Positions 10,288 to 21,249 of a stretch of DNA of 64,000 nucleotides are shown here, piece by piece (position 1 is the stretch's first letter; every line of letters starts with the position of its first letter). Where the stretch lies: contig CAWCYI010000004.1 of NCBI GenBank assembly GCA_963799845.1, positions 1 to 64,000 on the forward strand, read 5' to 3'. A model generated the notes under the pieces. That model did no database searches. It saw only the letters and a program-made list of their open reading frames with translations, and was not told the DNA's origin. The DNA is from an uncultured Nitrososphaerota archaeon (GTDB lineage Archaea > Thermoproteota > Nitrososphaeria > Nitrososphaerales > CADDZS01). Position numbers and translations under genes: made by a program.

Positions 10288-11173
10288 GTGAGACTCGAAA
10301 CAATGCAAACTGGCGAATACAGAAAATTCTTCATTTCTAAAATCAAGATTGGCAATAGACTTCGGAAAGATCTGGGTGATCTTAACCTTCTGATGGAAAG
10401 TATGAAGGTACTAGGTCTGTTGCAGCCGATTATTGTCGATCTAGACTACAATCTGATCGCTGGTGCGAGAAGGCTAGCCGCCGCGAGAAAGCTAGGCTGG
10501 TCGGAAATCGATTGCAAGATCATATCTTGTGGAGAAGAAGTCAATAACTGACAATCGGGGGGACGACTCGGGGGGTGGAATCTGTCGAAGACGACATGCT
10601 AAAGAAGTTGCCATTGAATCTGAGGATTGAAATCGAAGAAAATCTCCTGCGTAAAAGTTTCACTCAAACGGAGCTTGCCATGATTCAGAAAAAACTCATC
10701 GCCGAACTTTCAAAACCAGATTACAAAAATCAGGGAAAGCGAGGCGACACTTCTACAAGAAATCTAGTGGGTGCTGAAAACAGGAAGAATCACTACGAAA
10801 ACACTACCGAAAAGGTCGCTCGTCTATTCGGCGAGAGCGAGCCCACGCTTAGAGAGAGGCTGTCATTTTTCGAGCAAACCCGTGATGACTCCCGAAACCT
10901 CGATCTAATTGTGAAAAAGTCGATGGCAATAAAATTTCGATTCATAAGGGCCTCAGAGAAATAAAGAGAATGAAAAGGCAGCTTGAGGACGAGGCTTTGA
11001 TAAAACAGGTAGATGCAAAGCTGCCCCACCTGGTTCGGGTGCATTGCGGAGACTTTGTAGAGGTTTGGGAAAGGACAGTCGGCATTTCCTTACGTCTCTC
11101 TATCTCTCTCACGAAGTTAAAGCGAGCAAGCGAGAACACTCTAGTGAGCGTTCGCTTTAAAGTGAAAGAATAG
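10288..11173 (+). pseudogene. Fragmented ParB/Spo0J-like protein, possibly once fused to a DNA methyltransferase
   Basis: GLLQPIIV...LIAGARRLAA ParB motif; EENLLRKSFT in the next fragment; terminal VHCGDFVEV resembles an MTase start; several breaks. Confidence 0.7.
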
Positions 11174-11191
11174 ACTCATTTCTTATCATCA

Positions 11192-12289
11192 ATGGGAAAC
11201 TATTGGATTCTAAAAATTGGAAATAAAGAAATTTTCGATATGAAATCGAGGCTGCCCTTTAGTTTGTTAGTTGCCTTTGAAGAAGATGATCTAAGAATAA
11301 TTGAAAAGGAAACTGATCTTGAATCGGATGAGATTTTCTATCGAACATCGATAGTTAAGGCAAAAACAAGAATGCAAGCTAGAGGAATTTCACTGGCTAA
11401 GATTGAAAACGTAGTAGTGAAGCAGACTGGAATCCCAATTAAGATATTACAGGAGACGAGACAGTTTGTAGCTAGTTCTGACGAATATGCTCTAAACGAA
11501 TACTTATCCCAGAAGTACCCAGATCGTGATGAAGAAGATTTGTTTGGAATGAACTTCCTTTATGAAATGGAATACGCTGATGAAAGCCACACGGTTGGAG
11601 ATTTTCTCTATCTCTACAAGTTTCTCGTTGCTTTGAATAATGCTAGCTCAGAGGATCAGGTAATACTAGACGTCTGCGATTGGATCGGAGGAGATACCAA
11701 GTACGCGCCCAGATTGTACGGAGACTTGGAACGAGATTTTGTTCGAGAATCTCTCTATTACCGTGATATTTTCTCGTTTATCGAAGAAAAGGAAGAAACC
11801 ATTGAGAAAGTCCGTCAAAGACTTTGCATGCTTGGAGAACGGGAATTGATAGAAAAAGTCTTGGTTCCGTTGCTCGAAAGAATGGGATATCAATCCGTAA
11901 CTCCAGTTAGCTTCCACGGGCCCGGAGAACACGGGCAGGACATTAGGCCGTTTTACAAAGTAGGAGATTTCGGCAAGAGGACATACTACACAGCTCAAGC
12001 TAAAGTGGTTCAAGTCCACGGCAACACTTCTCGATCGGAGGGAAATGTTCAGCAATTGTTGAGAGAAACCACAGCGGCGATGTCCCATCCCTTTTTTGAT
12101 CCTGCCGACAACATCGAGAAAACTCCCAATATCGTCTACCTATTCTTAATTGGTGGCATTAATTCGGAAGCGAGAATTCAACTCAATAATGGATTGAAAG
12201 AATTCGATCTTCTTGATCGTGTAACAGTCCTGGATGGCAAAGAAGTTGCAAAGGAAATCATCAAGTACAACTTGAGATTGCCATCTTAG
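11192..12289 (+). CDS. Putative defence nuclease: HEPN/Toprim-associated-like N-terminal domain + Mrr-like PD-(D/E)xK domain
   Basis: C-terminal LLERMGY...HGPGEHGQDI...AQAK resembles the Mrr catalytic domain; N-terminal MGNYWILKIG...FYRTSI..AKTRM...G resembles HEPN/Toprim-NTD1. Confidence 0.7.
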   Translation: MGNYWILKIGNKEIFDMKSRLPFSLLVAFEEDDLRIIEKETDLESDEIFYRTSIVKAKTRMQARGISLAKIENVVVKQTGIPIKILQETRQFVASSDEYALNEYLSQKYPDRDEEDLFGMNFLYEMEYADESHTVGDFLYLYKFLVALNNASSEDQVILDVCDWIGGDTKYAPRLYGDLERDFVRESLYYRDIFSFIEEKEETIEKVRQRLCMLGERELIEKVLVPLLERMGYQSVTPVSFHGPGEHGQDIRPFYKVGDFGKRTYYTAQAKVVQVHGNTSRSEGNVQQLLRETTAAMSHPFFDPADNIEKTPNIVYLFLIGGINSEARIQLNNGLKEFDLLDRVTVLDGKEVAKEIIKYNLRLPS

Positions 12290-12477
12290 CATAAATTCAA
12301 GTTTCGAGAAACATGCAATTTCCTACGTTTCATACAGAGCCTAACCATCGTTGTCGAGCAACGAACCAAGGACGATATTGTGCACAACGGCGATTGGATT
12401 CTTTGGGGAAACTACCCATCAATCGACATTATCGTTGCTAATTCAAATAACAACATCAACCAAATTGTCAATAGTAG

Positions 12478-13870
12478 TTGAATGAGTTGAGACCCCTCAG
12501 CCTTCGAGAGAAGCGAGCTTGGGGATATTTTCTCTCTGCTTGGGTAAGCGCGTTCATCGCTTACTTGGTTTTCGAGTTCAAGCAGTTCGACTATCTCTTT
12601 TTCCTCATAATATTCATGATTTCGTACGTAATTGGCGACGCAGTTAGGACACTCTTAATTCCTGAAGTAAAAGGAAAGCCCGTTCCTCGATTTTCAGCTG
12701 ACAAAAGATTGCCTTGGCAATTTACATGGTTTGTTGTCGGCATTTTTGTTGGTGGTGCGCTCAGCGCGGCATTTGCGTTGAAATTTCAAAACAGCCCTTA
12801 TTTCACTTCAATCTATATCGGCCTTGGCTTCACAGTCATTCCAATCATGTTTCTTTGGTTTGACATCAAGTACCTTTGGAGGTCAGAGCCTCAAACTTTT
12901 CACGGAAAGGCCGAGCAAAGCATGAAAATAGACAAGATATCAGCGATTATCGGAGCAATAGCTCTCATCATTCTTTGTGCATTGCTCTTTTACTTTCGAT
13001 TCTTTAGCTTGAGCGACATCAGTTCTGCCCTTGCAAACTTCTTAGTATTAGCGATCCCTGCACTTCTGCTCTGGGGTTTCAGGGATAGAATTGAAAGGTC
13101 GCTTAGAGGACACGCAGATGTAATCGTTCAAGCTTCGAGCATTCGGCATTACAGGTATCCTCTCTTCAGCTTGTTCGCAAACAACGCAGCGACAGATGCC
13201 GAATAAGAGCTACTTTGAAGTCAGTCTCCAAAACAAAGGAAGCAAAGCTGCCAAGCATTGCGAATTAAAAGTGAGTCTGCGAGCAGAAGGTGAGAGTCTC
13301 GAGCGTTATGTTTCGAGAGTCTTATGCTCTGATTCGACAAGAGGGGTGAACCCAATTTCTGTTTCCATAGAAGCCTTCGAGTCCGTTGGGTTTCATCCTC
13401 TTTGCTTCGATCCTTTATCAGTTCAGGCATTCCTGCCGAACTTTTCATTGGGCGTCCCCGGCGAACTCAGTGGCCGGCTAGTCAGCGAGGGTAAGTACGA
13501 AATGTATGGACAAGCAAGTTACGATGGGGAAACAAGCGGTGAGACGTATCTTGGAAAGATCAACATACCCAACGATTTTCTGGGAGACGATTCCGCTCCT
13601 GACGACATATTGGCTTTTGTCAGCAACCAATACAAGGGCGGCTTCGTAGTCTACTTGGATTATTTGCAAAAGGGAAAAGTTCGAGCCAAGTTCATGGGTC
13701 AGGCTTCTGATGAAGATGTCAAGAAAATCATCATATTGTTAATTAAACAATTTCCCGAACTTGATAGTCAGATTGACGACAACGGAAAGCCAAGACAATG
13801 GGAATACCCTGATGCAGGAGGCGGAATCGTACTGCGGGATAACGCAAAGTCTAATACTGTCTCGGCTTGA
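12478..13870 (+). CDS. Multi-pass membrane protein plus soluble beta-rich domain (two overlapping ORFs, possibly one or two frameshifted genes)
   Basis: ORF 12478-13206 has ~6 hydrophobic segments and overlaps ORF 13196-13870. Confidence 0.5.
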
Positions 13871-14244
13871 GCCGTTTTCTTGAAGGCTCTTGAAGGCTCC
13901 CGAAGGAGAAGGTTGCCGTCGTATCAGGAGTCTTGAGGATAAGGCAGCTGCCCTTAAAGAGGCTAGACTATCTGCTGTCTCCTGTAAATTTTTATTAGGA
14001 AACTATTAGGAAACGTCGAACGGGATCAGGGATACTACAATTGTCAAATACGTTACGAAAAGAAGTTCAGCATGTGGGAATTTCAAAGATAGGAAGAAGA
14101 GGTCGGCTAAACTCCTCTCGTGCCTCTAAGGGACACAAACTGGTAATTGGTGAGCGGACTGTAAGAATGAATTCTGATGAGATAAGATTCCCGCCGATCA
14201 CGCGGGTTCCCGACGATTACAAAAGCATCATAGCCGAAGAACAG

Positions 14245-15795
14245 TCATGATGTACTAATTTCCGATGTAACCGTAGAATAGATGTCGTTCTTGTACTCGG
14301 TGTACTGAGGGCTGTTTCTCGGTAATCCTGGGACATGGAACCCAATGTAAAAAGAGGGAAATTCCTCCCAGGCTTGATTCACTGCGTTGAAATAAGGTGA
14401 AACAGCCGTGATATCGTTTGAAATATTCTCCTTTTCACTAAAAATCCAGACCTTTTCAGATTGTCTTAGGTAATGGTACGGCGTTCGTGGACTGTTTACA
14501 GTTAGAAGTCTTGCTCGATGTCTCCGTTGTCCTACAGGCACCTTTGCACTTTTTGACTGTTTCTGCTGTTTTTTGAACCAATCCCTTATTGCGTCTTTTG
14601 CTCTTTTCTCATCGGCGGCACCAAGCGCTTGTCCTGCGACGATAGTACTACCCATCTTCTCTGCGACATTCAAAATGAACCTCTGGAACTCCGTGGATCT
14701 CTTAAGAAGCGATACGGGCAAGTAACGTCTGTCAATCAGCCCTTTGAATGCATAATTTCGTCCTTCACTTTCGTTCTGTTCCATAATCTTCGACATAACA
14801 TATTCATCGGTCATTCCGCCTGACTCGAAAGCTTCCCAATGAAAATCTTTGAAATGCATCTTTTTCGACTTTATCAGGTAATCTGTGGCGGCCTCTATCA
14901 GAAGATCGGTGCCAAGCACCAAGTGATGATTGTAGACCCATTTGTACATCTTGAAACGTGCGTCTAGAGTATCTTCGATTGTCCCGAGTGCCCTCTCATG
15001 AGTTACAATCTTGTAGATCCCGCCTTCTTTTCTAATTTGCAAGTGCATTATGAGACGGTCCACATCTATTGACCCAAATACGACGCCCGTCATGTATCCA
15101 TCTCTTAGAAGGTAATCCAACCTGTCTGCGTCTAATTGTCCAGATATGATGTTGTGCAAAACATTTCGGCCACTATCTGTGCAGTTTTCATTAGCGATGC
15201 CCTCCTGATTGATTAACAAAGCTGCGACTTCCGCGGACATTCCAGAGTGTGAACTATCTATCGCTTCCTTCAACTCTCCATGAGTTATGAGTTTGTAGGA
15301 GTTATATTCATGAATGGGTAATTCATGCACGTCTTCTTTTTTGAATAGTCTCTTTGCTTCATCAACTTCAGATGGATATTTCTTTAGGGCATCACTCATA
15401 GTTTTTTCGGAGGAATGGGAAAAAGGTCCATGTCCGATGTCGTGAAGAAGTGCAGCCAATCTAATCATCTGCACAATTCTAATCTCGGTTTCAGGATCAT
15501 GGCGAAGGAAAAGTTCAGAAAAGCTACCAGAATCGAGAGATCCAAGGGCAGCATAAGCCATTTTAGATGATACCGACATGGCGCCAACGCAATGCATGAA
15601 CCTAGTCGAAACGGCACCTGGAAAAACTAGGTATCCCGCTGCCATTTGCTTGACATGATGCAACCGATTGAATACGGGTAGTTGAATAATCTCGTATTCC
15701 AGTCTAGTAAGTGGAATATAGCCGTGGATGGGATCTCGAATTATCTTGAATGTCTCTAAAGGTGGAATGGCTAACGTCCTGATCTCTGCCCACAT
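14245..15795 (-). CDS. HD-domain phosphohydrolase of the SAMHD1/dNTP triphosphohydrolase type
   Basis: IRDPIHGYI, RLHHVKQ, FPGAVSTRFMH, AALLHDIGHGPFSH, DADRLDYLLRD, MYKWVYNH motifs. Confidence 0.88.
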   Translation of the reverse strand: MWAEIRTLAIPPLETFKIIRDPIHGYIPLTRLEYEIIQLPVFNRLHHVKQMAAGYLVFPGAVSTRFMHCVGAMSVSSKMAYAALGSLDSGSFSELFLRHDPETEIRIVQMIRLAALLHDIGHGPFSHSSEKTMSDALKKYPSEVDEAKRLFKKEDVHELPIHEYNSYKLITHGELKEAIDSSHSGMSAEVAALLINQEGIANENCTDSGRNVLHNIISGQLDADRLDYLLRDGYMTGVVFGSIDVDRLIMHLQIRKEGGIYKIVTHERALGTIEDTLDARFKMYKWVYNHHLVLGTDLLIEAATDYLIKSKKMHFKDFHWEAFESGGMTDEYVMSKIMEQNESEGRNYAFKGLIDRRYLPVSLLKRSTEFQRFILNVAEKMGSTIVAGQALGAADEKRAKDAIRDWFKKQQKQSKSAKVPVGQRRHRARLLTVNSPRTPYHYLRQSEKVWIFSEKENISNDITAVSPYFNAVNQAWEEFPSFYIGFHVPGLPRNSPQYTEYKNDIYSTVTSEISTS

Positions 15796-16588
15796 TTTTC
15801 CTTTCTGCCTAAATGTTTTTGCTTGATCGCCAATGAAGAGCAGATTTTCCTTATCCTAAAACTAAAGTTCTGAGCACAAGGACAGATAAAAGGAAAATGA
15901 AAGCGGTTTGATTAGAAATTATCAATCTCTATAGATCCCACCATTCTGACATTCTGAATCAAAGCAGCCCTTCTCATTCAGTATTGAAATCGAAGACGAG
16001 TCTGTTCGAGAGCAATGTTTGCTGAGTAATAGAACCCCCTCCTTTGTTACATCCTTCTTAGTTCGTGGACTGCTCCGAGAGACTTGGCATGCTTGCGGCG
16101 TCTATCTTAATCTGTTTCCACAGATTTTCCTCTTGCCGTCGAAAAGATATGGCATCCAATACTAAACGGAGTAGATTGATTACCATCGTCATTGCGGGGC
16201 CTTCCACACAACTTGCGAGCCTGCGCCCGACAAGCACTATGGGATGGACTTTAGCAATATCCTCTCTCCACACATTGAAAGCACCTTCTTTGCGAGAACG
16301 AGTCTGCGGTATCTCCTCCCGTCACATGAAAGAATAATACTGCGCGGCCCTCATCTCGCAACCGAGAAATAGGCGCGTATCGATATTCTCGCTCGAAAAC
16401 GAAAAAAAATGAAGATTTCAGAACTGGTAAAGAGAGCTTCAACAATCCAAACCACCGCAGTGGAAGATACCACACTCGGTGGCTGAGGAAAAAAAGGAGG
16501 AGTTCCAATCACATCTCGACGAATTCAAAGAGACGACCCGACCCGCAGTTTGAGGAACTGCTCCAATAGTAAGTGACCATGAGTAACT

Positions 16589-17183
16589 TTGGGTGAGTTT
16601 GATTTACTGTCAGCTTTTTACGGTCTTGCGACAGCGGTCTATATTTTCGTAGTTGAAATAGACGTTGATTGGGCTATCAGAAAAATTTCGACTGAGGAAA
16701 AAGATCCTGGATCTAAATATGTTAGTCACGTTTCGAAGGAAAGGACCAAGCAGTTACAAGAGCTCGTTGCACTCCTGTACGGTGCGATTCCAATTTTCGT
16801 TTACGTGTTTATAGGTCAGCTCTTCGTCTACAGCGATCCCATATGGATTCCTTACGCTATGAGCTGTTCCGGCAACAATCCTTTCCCTGGTTTACGCATT
16901 CCAGCTACGAATCTTTAGATTTGATGATGACGGGAAAGCGGTAACGGGCATCCGGCCGGGCTTTGGAGAGTCGTATCCTTCCCTTATTGCATACTTATTC
17001 CTAACAACCTTCTCGTTCGCGCTACCCGTAATGGTAGGGTTGTGGGTATTCGATAACTTCACAATTCATAATCTCGATTTTCTGATTTTCGAAGTTGCAT
17101 TCCCTATGGTGACATGGTTTGCTCTTTTTAGTCTGTCAAGCTCAAGAATCTTTACGTACGATGAACCGGCCGCCAAGATTTAG
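16589..17183 (+). CDS. Membrane protein (frameshifted)
   Basis: Hydrophobic ORF 16589-16918 continues in another frame (LFLTTFSFALPVMVGLWVF...EPAAKI*) to TAG at 17183. Confidence 0.5.
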
Positions 17184-17206
17184 TAGGTGCTACCATCTTC
17201 TTGAAT

Positions 17207-17331
17207 TGCTGCCGCTGCATTTCTCTTTCATGTAAGGGGGATTGCTGATGATTTACCCACGTTTTTGCAGATCTCTGTCGAAAGTAATTATTCGAGATAC
17301 GCAAGACTTTTCGACTTCTTCATGGGTAAAT
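17207..17331 (+). promoter_or_regulatory. Structured site A: ATGTAAGGGGG core + inverted arms ATTTACCCA/TGGGTAAAT upstream of a Zn-finger gene
   Basis: Arms at 17251-17259 and 17323-17331; core aligns ungapped with 26450-26495. Confidence 0.65.
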
Positions 17332-17341
17332 AAAAATCGCA

Positions 17342-17517
17342 ATGACGTACGACTATCAGAAGTGCCCTCGCTGCGGCCGGAAAGCATGGCACGCTGACAT
17401 TGTAGAAAAGACCAGCAAGTACGCGCGATCTACCGCTATCAAAGATTCAGGCATCCAGTGGATGGTAGGACCAGGTGTAACAAGAATTGCTACGTGAGGA
17501 TCGAGGAAACAAGTTGA
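17342..17517 (+). CDS. Small CxxC...H...C Zn-finger protein, copy A (one-base frameshift; absent from ORF track)
   Basis: MTYDYQKCPRCGRKAWHADIVEKTSKY/AIYRYQRFRHPVDGRTRCNKNCYVRIEETS; aligns with 22083-22280 and 26573-26761. Confidence 0.75.
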
Positions 17518-17786
17518 TGAAAATGGCTTGCCGGGTAAAAGAAAAGTGGGTTCACAATAAAGGACTAGTCCGTTGCTTGCATTTACACAGTATGTAATCA
17601 CTGTTGGGCTGCTTTGTGTGAGATACACTATTGCGAGTGTTGCGCCTTGCCTGCGACGCGGGGCCCTGTTGATTAATGACGCGCCGATCGCGTTCAAGTA
17701 GTAGATTTTCGACGCCTTAGAAGCCGAGGCTTAAAAGAAGTCATTCTGTATGTGTAAAATAGAGAAAGTATCCAAGATCAGATATT

Positions 17787-20531
17787 TCATTCGATGACAG
17801 TGTCAGTTCTTCCCGATTCTACAATCACGGGTATCTCCGTCAGTTTTTGTACGATCTTGGAAAGCGCCAAGGTATCAGCTCTGTTCGCATCCGAAAGACG
17901 CTTTCTAGAGTCCTTGTCTTTTGGATCCGACAAAATCGAATTGCACAGGAAAAGCTTCTCGAACCCCCCAATCTCGTAAAAAGCAGTTTTCCAAGTTTCG
18001 TCTTCATAGTGTCCGAACAGTGAGTCATAGACGACTTTTAGCTGGGCGGTTTCTATTGGGGCGACGAGCTTGGTCTGGACTAAGTACAAGAGATTCAGGG
18101 TCGGCGAGGAATTCGCAAGATCCGAGCGAAGCAAAGATCTATCCGAACCACCCCAATGAACAAAAGTGTAGTCTTTCTTGTTACTGACATATTCGAGAGC
18201 TTTGTCGATCTCATCGAACCAAAACTGGTGGAATTCTCGGCTGGAGCCGTCCATGAACCCGTAAAGTACTCCCCTTCCCTCTGCATTGTATTCAGTATCA
18301 AACGCAATTATTCTGCATTGATCGGGAAGATCGAGCTCCTCGAGAAGGTATATGCGGTTCTCATCTGCGGTCAAGCGTTTGAACTTTACAAACGATTTTT
18401 GCAAATGAGAGCTTTGTAATCCAGAGGTTGGCTTGAGTCTTACAAAGACGCCGTCATTCAGATCTGCAAGAGAACATACTCCCAAATCGAACATCTTGAA
18501 AACGAGCGCCCATGGCAACCCCAGAGAGTACTTGAGATGCGCGAGATCGCCCAAGTGTTGGAAAATTCGGCTACCATGCCTTTCAAATGCTCCGACAAAA
18601 TATTCCGATTCATTTTTGCTGAGACGTGCCTCTTTTACAAGAGATTGCTGAGTGTCATCGCCATAATTCGTGAGTATATATTCCGCAAGAGAAGGCAATT
18701 TCTGAAATTCGTATTTCAGTGAACCATCGCGTTCTATGCTGATCCACGCCACGTTAGCTTGGCTGAAAGGATCGTCGTGTGAGCTTACATTCATCACGGT
18801 TGCATTATCTAGTCTCTCTGCCTTTCCACCGAGATTGTGAACGTGTCCGCAAAGTACCAGTTTGAGCCTTTTCTCGCTTTCAAGAAAATCCCTCAAAGAC
18901 TGACTGCCAATGGATTCCCGTCCGAATCGGATGGCTCTATCCAGCGATCCCTTCGGTGGAGTATGTGAGACGAGTATTAATTTCCCGCCGTGGGGCAATT
19001 TCTCTGAAACGGTCGATAGGTATGATTTCGCTTCGTCTTCGGGGTAGAGAGTTAGCCCTATGTCATTTACTCCATCTCTGAATATCGCCCCTTCCATTCC
19101 AAAGACGGAAAAGGATCCCAACCGAAGGTTTTGTAATTGCAAGTCGTAGACATGGTTTCCCCGAATCCAGGATCTCGCGCCAGAAAAGTCGTCGTTTCCA
19201 ATGACGACGCCGATACCATATTTTGATTGATTTGCTATTTCTTGAAAAATGTTGGATTCTGTTTCGCTTAGTGAGACGTGGAATCTACTGTAATCACCAT
19301 TTGTCTCAACCAGCCTTAGAGTGATTTCCATTTCGTCGAGATCATCGTCATTAGCGATCCGCCAGTAAGCAGAATCGCTCCAAAAGCCCTTATCCCCAAA
19401 GGACGAAAATTCGGCTATGACGGAATTGAGTTTTGGATCGATTAATGCGACCCTTTGCCTAGAATCATCCCAAACTGGAGGATCATATGAAACTCTAACT
19501 TTGAAATCAGGCTCAGCACAGGCTTTCAAGTTCGTTACGAAATACTCTGAATTTTCAGTATTGACTACTTGCTGTAACTTTCTCAGCAATCTAATCATCG
19601 AACTGAATCTATCCTTCGCTTCTGAAAGGTCGAATTTCTTAGGCAGTCTGAGCATGTATCCGTATGAAGGTGAGCTCGAATACCCATAGCTGCCCCGTAT
19701 CCATGCGACCGTAAGTTCTTCCGATTGGCTCATTGATTGTTGCAGTGCCTCAATCGGAGTTGGTCCGAATCTTGTAACATCATCGCCTGCGTACAGGATA
19801 AGATCGGGTTTGACCTTAGACTCCTTAATCGCTTTCAACAAAGGCCCGAATTTGTGAATCCTATAATCTGAAAACGCTAGAATATGAATGGGGAAACTAG
19901 GATTGCTGTCAAGATTTACTAAAAAGTCATTCTTCGGGAACTTTTGTTTTTGGATTATTTGTTCGCTGGAGATTTTCTTGTTGTACTCTTCCCGCTGAAA
20001 TTCTATCGCTTCTGGCGTAATGCTGCCAATGAATTCTTTGAGATAAGCCGCAAATGCAGGCAGAATTGAATATTTCCATTTTCCATTTTCTTTTTCAAGA
20101 ATGACTACGCCGTGTCCGACCAATGCTCTCTTGTTCCACCTAAGAAAATTAGAATCGAACGTCTCATGGTGAGATCCCACCAACTTGAGGTAGAGAGGAT
20201 TCCCTAGAATCTCGCCTTTTGTCTTAGGACCTTCGATAAGCATGCTCAGGAACAGGTTCACGTACCAGGGAAACGATTTCTCCGGACTTAGCAAAGGCAG
20301 CAATTCTTTTGCTGTTTTTTTCTCACAGAGTCGCGCGATAAGTTCGCGCTTGTTTCCTTTAGAAGAATAGCCCAAATCTTTACAGATTTGTCTCAGACGA
20401 ACTGAATTGACAGAGCTAGTGAGATAACGTTCTAGTTCCATCCCTTCATCAACTATTTGATTGTCAGAACTAATTTGCAACCTTCTTGGACTAAAACAAT
20501 ATCCATTTTTGATAATCCTGGATCTCGTCAT
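17787..20531 (-). CDS. Multidomain SAP-like + calcineurin-like metallophosphoesterase + RNase H-like (DEDD/RNase_H_2) protein
   Basis: LRQICKDLGYSSKGNKRELIARL (SAP-like); FSD, AGDD, GNDD, SHTPP, CGHVH; C-terminal AFDTEY...HWGGSD...NRAD. Confidence 0.75.
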   Translation of the reverse strand: MTRSRIIKNGYCFSPRRLQISSDNQIVDEGMELERYLTSSVNSVRLRQICKDLGYSSKGNKRELIARLCEKKTAKELLPLLSPEKSFPWYVNLFLSMLIEGPKTKGEILGNPLYLKLVGSHHETFDSNFLRWNKRALVGHGVVILEKENGKWKYSILPAFAAYLKEFIGSITPEAIEFQREEYNKKISSEQIIQKQKFPKNDFLVNLDSNPSFPIHILAFSDYRIHKFGPLLKAIKESKVKPDLILYAGDDVTRFGPTPIEALQQSMSQSEELTVAWIRGSYGYSSSPSYGYMLRLPKKFDLSEAKDRFSSMIRLLRKLQQVVNTENSEYFVTNLKACAEPDFKVRVSYDPPVWDDSRQRVALIDPKLNSVIAEFSSFGDKGFWSDSAYWRIANDDDLDEMEITLRLVETNGDYSRFHVSLSETESNIFQEIANQSKYGIGVVIGNDDFSGARSWIRGNHVYDLQLQNLRLGSFSVFGMEGAIFRDGVNDIGLTLYPEDEAKSYLSTVSEKLPHGGKLILVSHTPPKGSLDRAIRFGRESIGSQSLRDFLESEKRLKLVLCGHVHNLGGKAERLDNATVMNVSSHDDPFSQANVAWISIERDGSLKYEFQKLPSLAEYILTNYGDDTQQSLVKEARLSKNESEYFVGAFERHGSRIFQHLGDLAHLKYSLGLPWALVFKMFDLGVCSLADLNDGVFVRLKPTSGLQSSHLQKSFVKFKRLTADENRIYLLEELDLPDQCRIIAFDTEYNAEGRGVLYGFMDGSSREFHQFWFDEIDKALEYVSNKKDYTFVHWGGSDRSLLRSDLANSSPTLNLLYLVQTKLVAPIETAQLKVVYDSLFGHYEDETWKTAFYEIGGFEKLFLCNSILSDPKDKDSRKRLSDANRADTLALSKIVQKLTEIPVIVESGRTDTVIE

Positions 20532-20721
20532 TTACATAATTAAGCTGAGAGATTTTCCTTCCCGACACAGTGCCGGATAATACTGAGGACCCCAGATTAC
20601 AAAACAGAGAAGTACTGAATCTCGATGATCCACGCTTGATGGGAACCCTATTCGGTCCTTAATCCCAAAAATTCTTAATGTTATTCCAGCTCACATTCGA
20701 GGAATCTTAGAGGAAATCGAA

Positions 20722-21249
20722 GTGTCTGAAAAGCAAAAGAATGAAGATAAGAAACAAGGGATTGATGTATCAGACTACATTGACGTTGATGCTCAAGCTG
20801 CAACCCTCTCCTATCCCGTGCCTAACGAGATAGGTTTGTTGCCAAAAAATTTCGATTCGGCAAAGTCGAATAAAGAACTAGTTCAAACACAATCTGCGGC
20901 AACAGTTAGAAAGCTATGGAAAGCAGCCGGAATATCAGAGACGCCCGAACCGGAAAAGACTCGAATCGAGAGCCTCAATTTTATTGTATGGTTGGGTCCT
21001 ACAATAATTCTTGCGGCTGATTTTGTAAGAAATAACCCTGAGATTGTCGAGACCGCTTTAAAAATCATAATTGCCGTGGCAAAAGAGCAATTCAAAGGTA
21101 CAACAGGTGAAAATCGAGCAAAATTCGATGTTGTTGTTAAGGAAAGCAAAAACAAATACAAGAAAATTCATTACGATGGTCCTGTTGACGGAATGAAGGA
21201 TCTCCTTGACGCAGTGAAGGACCTTACTGATGGACATACAAACGGCTAA
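20722..21249 (+). CDS. Hypothetical protein, first gene of a two-gene module
   Basis: 175-aa ORF whose end overlaps the next start. Confidence 0.7.
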   Translation: MSEKQKNEDKKQGIDVSDYIDVDAQAATLSYPVPNEIGLLPKNFDSAKSNKELVQTQSAATVRKLWKAAGISETPEPEKTRIESLNFIVWLGPTIILAADFVRNNPEIVETALKIIIAVAKEQFKGTTGENRAKFDVVVKESKNKYKKIHYDGPVDGMKDLLDAVKDLTDGHTNG

